DNA of 17,766 nt from Promethearchaeota archaeon (GTDB lineage Archaea; Asgardarchaeota; Hermodarchaeia; Hermodarchaeales; Hermodarchaeaceae). Below are positions 1-6,794 of this stretch, one piece after another. Each line of letters begins with the position of its first letter. The stretch's first letter is position 1. Below the pieces are notes generated by a model, which saw only the letters and a program-made list of their open reading frames with translations, ran no database searches and was not told where the DNA came from. The DNA lies in assembly GCA_048938295.1 (NCBI GenBank), contig JBHLMI010000023.1, positions 28,790 to 46,555 of the forward strand. Reading direction: 5' to 3'. Made by a program: the position numbers and the translations under genes.

Positions 1-6
1 AAGTTC

Positions 7-903
7 ATGGAACCTAAAATCGTCATCGATGCTCATACGCGTCACACCACTAGAGTCCTGTTTTCACCGGATAACACCGTTTTACTATCCGCTGGGCAGG
101 ATAACCTAATTCACGCATGGACAGTTCAGGAGTGGACGCAACAACACACGTTTTTTGGCCACACAAACAGTGTCAACGCTATAGCACTCACTCCCGCTAT
201 GGATTTCTTGATCACGGGATCAACTGATAACACCGTGAAGGTATGGAACTATCATTCTGGGGACGTTGAATATACGCTTAGTGGACATAAAAAAACCGTC
301 GCGACAGTAGCCGTGTCTCCGTCTGGTGAATTTATCGCTTCAGGATCTTATGATGGCGAAGTAAAAATCTGGAACCTCAACACAGGTGCAGAACTCTTAA
401 CTTTGCCACAAATTGGTCGCAATGTTGGATCCGTTGATTTTTCCCCAGATGGTAACTACCTAGTAGGTGGAGGTCTTGGAAATGATATTTACCTCTGGGC
501 CTTCCCCTCAGGTGAACTCATCAAGCAAATCCATGGGCACGAAACAGCTGTCAATTCCGTACGATTCTCACCAAACGGTGAATTCCTTGGTTCACTTGGG
601 TATGAACAGACGCTGATAATTCGGAATACAAAGAACTGGGAGCAAGTTCATTCACTGAAATTAGAATCTCGGGGTATGGATCTAACCTTCACAGCGGATA
701 GTAAAAAAGTTGTAGCAGCAATTGATTATGGAGTGCGGATGTGGAACCTTCGGACCGGTGAAATCGATAAGCAGTTCGAATTACCGGTAAAGGGGGTTTA
801 TGCAGTGGATGTATCTCCCACGCGGCGATGGTTAGCTGTTGGTTCAGCCGACGGTAAAGTTCGAATTTGGGAAATTCGTGGAACTCGTCAAAAATCTGAA
901 TAA
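7..903 (+). CDS. WD40-repeat beta-propeller protein (about 7 blades, stand-alone)
   Basis: 298 aa with recurring GH...S.D..V++W units (GHTNSV...TGSTDNTVKVW; GHKKTV...SGSYDGEVKIW; GHETAV...; VGSADGKVRIW). No other domain is evident. Confidence 0.95.
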   Translation: MEPKIVIDAHTRHTTRVLFSPDNTVLLSAGQDNLIHAWTVQEWTQQHTFFGHTNSVNAIALTPAMDFLITGSTDNTVKVWNYHSGDVEYTLSGHKKTVATVAVSPSGEFIASGSYDGEVKIWNLNTGAELLTLPQIGRNVGSVDFSPDGNYLVGGGLGNDIYLWAFPSGELIKQIHGHETAVNSVRFSPNGEFLGSLGYEQTLIIRNTKNWEQVHSLKLESRGMDLTFTADSKKVVAAIDYGVRMWNLRTGEIDKQFELPVKGVYAVDVSPTRRWLAVGSADGKVRIWEIRGTRQKSE

Positions 904-905
904 GC

Positions 906-917
906 TTTTTCGCTTTT
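906..917 (+). terminator. Oligo-T tract, possible archaeal terminator of the WD40 gene
   Basis: TTTTTCGCTTTT begins 2 nt after the TAA stop. Archaeal terminators are typically U-rich tracts. Confidence 0.4.
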
Positions 918-927
918 CAATGATTAA

Positions 928-1137
928 GTGATGGAATCCCTCGCCACCCCGGATTATAAATCCGGAAGGGTCATCGGTACTCACCTGATGCTTCCCATGC
1001 ATCTGCTGCGTTACTATTCCAAAAGGAGCGAGGGCGCCGTTGGTTAAGCGTCGCCCTCAGCCAAAAGGCAAACGCCAAGAGTAATGCCTAATCTGGAATC
1101 AGTAGTAACATCTTGTTAAGGGCGTTGGCTGCTTTTT
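928..1137. ncRNA. Candidate structured non-coding RNA or non-autonomous IS200/IS605-like remnant
   Basis: GC-rich multi-helix segment in a 316-bp gap between convergent genes. Perfect stems: 949-955/959-965, 987-991/999-1003, 1030-1036/1052-1058, 1071-1076/1121-1126. Long-range helix 1010-1020/1095-1109 with a 4-nt bulge. No convincing ORF. Family and strand unresolved. Confidence 0.45.
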
Positions 1138-1140
1138 ATA
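1133..1140 (-). promoter_or_regulatory. TATAAAAA box on the minus strand; the same bases form an oligo-T terminator-like run on the plus strand
   Basis: The minus strand reads TATAAAAA at 1140-1133, about 24-31 nt upstream of G1109, where the long-range helix starts. It cannot be distinguished from a plus-strand T-tract without expression data. Confidence 0.3.
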
Positions 1141-1219
1141 GTGCTTGTGTAACTGAAGGCACAAGATACCTGACCTGGTTTCATTCAGATTTCACTGTGG
1201 CACGAGGTTAAGGTGAAGA

Positions 1220-2395
1220 CTATTCTAAGACTTGGGTTATAGCTGATCGTACATCTGTCCAGCTAAGGGCAACAAGGATAGAGAATCCTACGTAAGAAGC
1301 ACCAAACCACCGCCATATAGCATAATCAATCCAATACAAGGCAAAATCATTCATATGGTTGGTGGCTGCAAAGATAACGGGAATAAGCCAAAGCACAAGT
1401 GCGAGACAAAGAAGTGGAATCGGAGGGCGTACCTGCTTTCGAATTACTCTGAAAAACCACCAACTGATAGTTCCCCAGACAAGGATCATTTGGACCACTA
1501 AAATTATGGTGAAGAAGTGCAGTGGCAGAAAAGCAGGCACAGGATTCGAAGGATAGTAGCCTTGGAAGGTAGCCGGAGCTATGACATTGTAGTAAATAAT
1601 GCCAAACCCAAACCAAAGAAATCCTGCAAGATTGGCGAAGAACTCAGGCAGGCTCGCTGCCAACATCATCGAGGGGTCAGGAATGGGCTGAGCAATGACT
1701 GTATGAGCCAAGTAGAGTCCAACTGCCCCAGCGAATATTAGAATGACGATTCCGACGCTCCTCCACTGATGCCGCAATATGAAGAAGATGAGAATCGCAG
1801 GGAGGGCAAACAGAAATGTTTCCTTGATGAGGAAGGCGATGGCGATGAATCCTCCGGCCAACAATGGTCGATCAGTCCATGTCCAATAAACAGCTAATAT
1901 CATGAAGGGCATTGCAAACAGGGCAATCTGAAAAAGAGGAATGACATTGAAAAAGAACGCATACTGAATGAAAGTCGCTGCTAAGGCTGCCCAACCTGAT
2001 CCAGTGATGGACCGCACAACTAAAAACGTAAGAACTAGGTTAAGCATTGCCACAAGGACACAAAGAACACTGAGCGGAAAAATAAAGCTGGGTCCTGCCC
2101 ATCCCGTTAAGAAGACTACAGGATAAAAGATCAAAGGTGTCCGATAAATCCGCAAATCCCCCAAGTCTCCTGTGACTAACGCGGCATGCCGCCATGCTGT
2201 ATAGAAGTCCTCTCCATGCAGCATATAATAAATGACGGTTTTATGCATTGTATCATCATCTAATGCAAGACGAGGAACAAAGTCAATACCCCACGAATAT
2301 GATAGAAAGATTACCCACACAATACTACAAAATGCCAAGAAAACAACGAAAGCTGCGACACCTTCATAACGGAGAAGTTCTCGTAAGGACGGCAC
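1220..2395 (-). CDS. Polytopic membrane protein, probable GT-C-fold (lipid-linked sugar donor) glycosyltransferase
   Basis: 391 aa, about 10 hydrophobic helices. Acidic DDD in the loop after TM1, an R.Y..P motif, and a later 'IAFLIKETFLFALP' (K-containing helix typical of GT87/PMT-like proteins). GTG start with AGGTGA RBS upstream. Confidence 0.55.
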   Translation of the reverse strand: MPSLRELLRYEGVAAFVVFLAFCSIVWVIFLSYSWGIDFVPRLALDDDTMHKTVIYYMLHGEDFYTAWRHAALVTGDLGDLRIYRTPLIFYPVVFLTGWAGPSFIFPLSVLCVLVAMLNLVLTFLVVRSITGSGWAALAATFIQYAFFFNVIPLFQIALFAMPFMILAVYWTWTDRPLLAGGFIAIAFLIKETFLFALPAILIFFILRHQWRSVGIVILIFAGAVGLYLAHTVIAQPIPDPSMMLAASLPEFFANLAGFLWFGFGIIYYNVIAPATFQGYYPSNPVPAFLPLHFFTIILVVQMILVWGTISWWFFRVIRKQVRPPIPLLCLALVLWLIPVIFAATNHMNDFALYWIDYAIWRWFGASYVGFSILVALSWTDVRSAITQVLE

Positions 2396-2519
2396 GAAAA
2401 AGGGTCACCTAACCCAAACTATCATTCTCCTCTAATTGTTCAGTAGTTATTCAAAAGACTTCACTTTAGCTAGCATTACATGTGCGCACAATGGGAGCAA
2501 CCGGTTACGTGTCAGCACC

Positions 2520-2825
2520 TCATTCAGTGCAACACTTACGCGCTAGCTGGCAGATACTGCACACGCCTTTGGTGATCTGCTCTTCTGAAAGAGAGCCAGT
2601 ACTGATTTTTTTCGCCAGATCATCAACCGTCTCTTGGACATGTCGGTCCAACACAACGGAGGAACCCCTTTCACCTTTCATATAATGAGAGATGGTGGCC
2701 TCTGTGGTCCCTAAAACTTTGGAGACCTGGACTTGGGTCATTCCCCCTTTAACTAGCGCTCGTGCTAACGCCGACTTGATCGCTGGCAGCGCTTTCCATA
2801 CCACATTTTCACAAGGAAAAGCCAT
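2520..2825 (-). CDS. Archaeal XRE-type HTH transcriptional regulator (COG2522-like), Cys-rich
   Basis: N-terminal PCE motif, HTH 'MTQVQVSKVLGTTEATISHYMKGERG', C-terminal CSIC and CC. The ATG at 2825 is 8 nt after GGAGG, so it is preferred over the TTG at 2831. Confidence 0.8.
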   Translation of the reverse strand: MAFPCENVVWKALPAIKSALARALVKGGMTQVQVSKVLGTTEATISHYMKGERGSSVVLDRHVQETVDDLAKKISTGSLSEEQITKGVCSICQLARKCCTE

Positions 2826-2858
2826 ATCCAAGACCTCCGTATCCGCTAAGGATTCATA

Positions 2859-2901
2859 TTAACATTGTTAAGTCTTGCTTATGATATCTAATTTAAGTCT
2901 T
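2859..2901. promoter_or_regulatory. Candidate operator: TTAACA-T-TGTTAA palindrome plus TTAAGTCTT direct repeat
   Basis: Perfect 6-1-6 inverted repeat at 2859-2871. 9-bp direct repeats at 2868-2876 and 2893-2901. Located in the divergent promoter region between the HTH gene and the desulfurase gene. Confidence 0.4.
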
Positions 2902-3049
2902 AGGCACTCACTAATCCCCTTATCCCATTAGTTTTTCACCTATTCTGTATGTGGAAGAAAGGCAACACTACCATGAATGTTTTCAAGGATAAGCTCAATT
3001 AGGTCAGATATTATAGTGATTATTAGGATGTATTTTCTGGAGGACTTGT

Positions 3050-4324
3050 ATGAAACCTGAAGATATGCGCCGGGATCTACCCATCACACAGCAGTACATC
3101 TATTTTGACAATGCTGCCACGACTCCAGTTCCAAACCCAGTCATCGATGCAATGATTGAGTACTTCGAGGAGTATTGTGCGAATGTGGAAAGGGGAGCTT
3201 ACTCCATTGCTGCTAAAGCCTCAGACATGTGTGATGCCGCACGAGAGGAAATCGCAACCAATCTCTTGCATTGTGATGCTGAAGAGTTCATCTTCACCAG
3301 AAATCAAACCGAAGCTGCAAACCATGTTGCTTACGCCTTAGAACATCCATTCCTCAATCGATGGAGCACCGGTTTCAAATTCTCACCCCCCTTGGTGAAG
3401 TGGACCCCAGAAAGCACAATCCTAACTACGCTCATTGAACACCATTCGAATTTCATGCCTTGGATGCGGTTAGCAAAACACGTGAATGCGCAATTCCACA
3501 CTATCACCCCAACAATGGAAGGACGCCTAACACCAGATATGTTTACAGAGGCAGTGGATGAAAATACAAAGCTTGTAGCGTTTCAACATGCCTCCAATGC
3601 TATGGGCACCAAACATGATGTTCATGCCATCATTCGTGCCATAAAGTCCGCTAATCCAAGTTGCCTTGTATTTATTGATGGGGCACAAGGTGCAGGGCAT
3701 TTGCCTGTTAATGTCAAAGCACTAGGATGCGATTTCTACTCCTTCTCAGGTCATAAGGGTCCACTCGGACCACCGGGAACCGGAGGATTGTACGCTCGAG
3801 ATGAATTGCTACGGCGAATGGCACCGGCAGAGGTGGGCGGTGGCGTTATTGCCTCGGTGACTGCAGACGATTACATGCTGCGGAGTGATCACCGTGCTCG
3901 ACGCTGGGATGCGGGTACTCCAAATATCATCGGGTTAATTGCCCTGGGTGCAGCAGTCAAGTATCTGAATCGTTTTGGTATTGAAAGGATTGCAGAACAC
4001 GAACATAAACTGACAGAGCATCTTCTTGAGGGCATCCGAGACATCCCTAATGTAATTGTCTATGGTCCAAAGGAGGATATGACATGGAAAGTGGGGGCTG
4101 TCTGCTTCAACATCAAAGGCTGGGTTTCACATGATGTTAGCCTAGCGCTAGATTCCCAGTGGAAGATCTTGACCCGTGCCGGACACCATTGTTGTCAACC
4201 CCTCATGCGACTTCTCGATATCCTTGATCAGTATGGTGGCAATGTCCGCTCCAGCTTTCACTATTACAACCTGATTGAGGAAGTTGATACCCTGATTGAA
4301 GCTGTCAAAACTTTGGCAGGTTAG
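3050..4324 (+). CDS. sufS: Class II (SufS/CsdA-type) PLP-dependent cysteine desulfurase
   Basis: YFDNAATT, EHHSN, IDGAQ, PLP-lysine motif SGHKGPLGPPGTGGLY, class II catalytic motif RAGHHC. GGAGG RBS 6 nt before the ATG. Confidence 0.9.
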   Translation: MKPEDMRRDLPITQQYIYFDNAATTPVPNPVIDAMIEYFEEYCANVERGAYSIAAKASDMCDAAREEIATNLLHCDAEEFIFTRNQTEAANHVAYALEHPFLNRWSTGFKFSPPLVKWTPESTILTTLIEHHSNFMPWMRLAKHVNAQFHTITPTMEGRLTPDMFTEAVDENTKLVAFQHASNAMGTKHDVHAIIRAIKSANPSCLVFIDGAQGAGHLPVNVKALGCDFYSFSGHKGPLGPPGTGGLYARDELLRRMAPAEVGGGVIASVTADDYMLRSDHRARRWDAGTPNIIGLIALGAAVKYLNRFGIERIAEHEHKLTEHLLEGIRDIPNVIVYGPKEDMTWKVGAVCFNIKGWVSHDVSLALDSQWKILTRAGHHCCQPLMRLLDILDQYGGNVRSSFHYYNLIEEVDTLIEAVKTLAG

Positions 4325-4326
4325 AG

Positions 4327-5079
4327 TCACTTAGGTGCTTGACATTCTCCACAAACAGGACAGTCATTGTGACGTGCGATTTGAAATTGATCAAACCTGA
4401 GCTCATTTAGGTCAATGAAAAGGATGTTCCCCGCCAGACGAGGAGCTAATCCTAGGATGAGGTAAAGCGCTTCATGGACTTGGATATTCGCCACTACTCC
4501 GAGCAACGTTGGGTACACTCCGATTGTTTCACATGTGGGTTGTTGGGCATCATCAACACCACCGTAGATGCATTCTAAACAGGCAGTTTTACCAGGAATA
4601 ATGGTTGTAATGTTCCCTGTGGCCCCTAATGCTCCAGCGAACACGTAAGGAATCCCTTGTCTGCAGCAGGCCTGGTTAAGTAGGTAGCGTGGGGCAAATC
4701 GATCGAGCCCATCTACAACAAGGTCGACGCCTTTAATGAATTCATCAACAGTATTTGCGGTTAGTCGTTGTTCAATTGGTTCGATCCTCACACTTGGATT
4801 AAGTGGTTGCAAGCGACGGGCTGCCAGATGCACCTTAGGGGCACCCACATCTTTATCACTGTAGAGAAACTGACGCTGAAGATTTGTAACATCAACCGTA
4901 TCAGGATCAATCATCCGAAGGAGCTTAACACCCAGTGTAACCAGCTTAGTGGAAGATATACTGCCCAACCCTCCGATACCGATAACGGCAACTTTGGCAT
5001 TCCGGATTTTCTGGAATCCCTTGGGTCCAATATCACGAAGTACGATAAATCGAGAATACCGGTCGGGAATTTTTGGCAT
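4327..5079 (-). CDS. ThiF/MoeB/UbaA-family E1-like adenylyltransferase
   Basis: GIGGLGS nucleotide loop, D.DTVDVTNLQRQ, DGLD...RY..N, Zn ligands CLEC and CPVC, active-site Cys in PTCETIG. GAGGAGG RBS. No rhodanese domain. Confidence 0.92.
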   Translation of the reverse strand: MPKIPDRYSRFIVLRDIGPKGFQKIRNAKVAVIGIGGLGSISSTKLVTLGVKLLRMIDPDTVDVTNLQRQFLYSDKDVGAPKVHLAARRLQPLNPSVRIEPIEQRLTANTVDEFIKGVDLVVDGLDRFAPRYLLNQACCRQGIPYVFAGALGATGNITTIIPGKTACLECIYGGVDDAQQPTCETIGVYPTLLGVVANIQVHEALYLILGLAPRLAGNILFIDLNELRFDQFQIARHNDCPVCGECQAPK

Positions 5080-5099
5080 AAAAGCCTCCTCAAATAGGG

Positions 5100-6611
5100 T
5101 TAGAGGGCTGCCATTTGTTTTGCCTCTTCAAAAAGCTGTCGACCTTTCTTGCTGACCTCAACATTGGCTGAAGGTAATCCACGTCCCGCTGTACGGTGGA
5201 TGGTAACTAGCTCTTCTTCTTGGAGGTCGAGGAAGAATTTGTCAAGCCAAGCAGCTAGGGAAATGCCTAAGGATGGACTGAATCCAAGGTCCTTAGCTGA
5301 AACGTTGTATTTGCCTTCTACTATTTTCGTAGCAAATGTAGTCAGTACGATGTAGTGCTGATCCTTTTTGAGTAAGATATCCTGTATTCTGCTCCGCGCC
5401 TCCAATGCTTGCAACCGGTCTCGAACCTCAGCGAATCGTGCATATTCCTCTTTCATCTTCTCAATTTCTGCCAGAGCTTTTTCGAGTTGTTTCTCTAAAT
5501 CTTCCTTTTCCTTACTGAGTGCATCGCGGTCTTTGGATACTCCCTTTAGGCCTTTTTGCTGTTCTTCGAGGTCAGTAATTTTGGCTTCGTGTGCTTCTTT
5601 CAGGCTAGTCATTTCTTGCAGTCGAATCTCCAGATCTGCGATTTGTTTGTTCGCTTTAGCAGTTTCAGTTCTGGCTACTTTCAATTCATCTTGGACAGTT
5701 ACTAATTTCTCTGTATCTAATTCGGCTTGAGCTTTCACTTTGTCCAGTTTTGTGATAGATTGTTTAAGCTCAACAACCTGTTGATCTGCGGTTTCTAACT
5801 TCGCTTCTGATGCTTGTAGCTTCTGACCCTGCTCCTGGAATTGCTTTTCAAGCGTGTCTTTTGCTTCCTGAGTCTTCTGAAGCTCCGATTTCAGTGAACT
5901 GATTTCTTCTTCAAGCTTCTTCTTTGAAGCGGTTGCTGCTGCCGCAGCTGTAGCCGCAGCGGCTGTGGCTGCAGCTAGCTTCGTATTCAATTCGTCGATC
6001 TGCTTGACAGCGGCTTCACGTTCACTAAGTGCTTCCTTGCTCTCCTCTTGAATCTTGAGTAATTCGGCTTCAGCTTGTTTCAGGGATTCGGATAACTGCT
6101 TGTTGGTTTCTTGGAGCTTATCGATTCGTCGTGCATCACGAGTTGAGCGTGACTGCATTTGCTTCTCTAAATCAGCAATCTTAACCTTAGCATCGGCTAA
6201 TTCTTTCTCCAGTTCTTCTCGAGTCTTCTGTGATGCAGCGATTTCCTCGCTTAGCCGTTTCCGAAGCTCCTCACGCTCCGCTTCAGTCATTGAAGCTAAT
6301 GCACCTAATTCATCAGCTGCACCTGAGAGTCCGGCTTTGGCTTGTGTGATCTCCTGAATCTTGGCCCTGGCCTGTTCGCTGAACCGTTTCGACTCTGAGG
6401 TAACACCGTCTCGCACATCGTTGACGATTGGTCCACTCAGACGTCCAAAACCGATCTGTTCCATTCGTTGTTCCACACGGTCTGCAATCATCATTAGGCT
6501 ACGCTGGAGATCTCTAACCAGCACATCAATCGCATCGACAAGACTTGTGGTCAAAGCTTCAATTTGGCGTTTGAGTACTTCCGAACGTTGGCTTGGAGCT
6601 TCTTGCGTCAT
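5100..6611 (-). CDS. Long coiled-coil protein with an N-terminal helical domain and a probable C-terminal winged-helix domain
   Basis: 503 aa. Residues ~110-410 are E/K/Q/L-rich heptads interrupted by AAATAAAATAAAAATA. The C-terminal ~85 aa end in 'LQEEELVTIH...VEVSKKGRQLFEE', resembling a wHTH wing (L..GLV....lT.KG). No Walker A motif. AGGTGG RBS. Confidence 0.75.
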   Translation of the reverse strand: MTQEAPSQRSEVLKRQIEALTTSLVDAIDVLVRDLQRSLMMIADRVEQRMEQIGFGRLSGPIVNDVRDGVTSESKRFSEQARAKIQEITQAKAGLSGAADELGALASMTEAEREELRKRLSEEIAASQKTREELEKELADAKVKIADLEKQMQSRSTRDARRIDKLQETNKQLSESLKQAEAELLKIQEESKEALSEREAAVKQIDELNTKLAAATAAAATAAAAATASKKKLEEEISSLKSELQKTQEAKDTLEKQFQEQGQKLQASEAKLETADQQVVELKQSITKLDKVKAQAELDTEKLVTVQDELKVARTETAKANKQIADLEIRLQEMTSLKEAHEAKITDLEEQQKGLKGVSKDRDALSKEKEDLEKQLEKALAEIEKMKEEYARFAEVRDRLQALEARSRIQDILLKKDQHYIVLTTFATKIVEGKYNVSAKDLGFSPSLGISLAAWLDKFFLDLQEEELVTIHRTAGRGLPSANVEVSKKGRQLFEEAKQMAAL

Positions 6612-6794
6612 TTAACCACCTTTTTATGAACCCTTCTAGCCCTAGTTGAGCTATTGAACCTAGATAAGGTTTGCTGCGAATTGGTAAAAACTCGCTTTCT
6701 AGCTAAAACCTACGCGGTTTTCCGATTTCGAGAAACCATAGCTTTTAAAGGTAATCTTCGTATCGATTCCTCAATCAATAAAGAAGTGGTTGCT

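Noticed and set aside
958-975. TCC-GGAA-GGG resembling the SRP RNA helix 8 tetraloop
   Set aside because: The flanking AGG/AGCA symmetric loop and a helix 6 GNAR loop are absent, and the bases pair better in the CCGGATT hairpin.
931-1047. 38-codon ORF MESLATPDYK...AVG inside the structured gap
   Set aside because: No clear RBS, no recognisable motif, and a length expected by chance.
925-1065. TPP riboswitch-like fragments on the minus strand (GGCTGAG, GCGAGGGA)
   Set aside because: The ACCTGAT..GG.TAAT.CC core is missing, and the element is downstream of genes rather than in a leader.
2478-2506. Short palindromes TGTGCGCACA and AACCGGTT between the HTH and GT-C genes
   Set aside because: Isolated short palindromes with no repetition or clear promoter context; possibly chance.
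2505-2522. TGA stop after CCTE in the HTH gene as possible selenocysteine
   Set aside because: Read-through would add only GADT before a TAA, and there is no supporting motif.
5100-6611. Coiled-coil protein as SMC/Rad50 or ESCRT-III
   Set aside because: No Walker A/B or signature motif, and the rod is too long and uniform for a Snf7/CdvB core.
6654-6794. 47-aa N-terminal extension of the DUF59 ORF in the ORF track
   Set aside because: It covers the divergent promoter region and a TATA-like box; family similarity begins at Met 6795.
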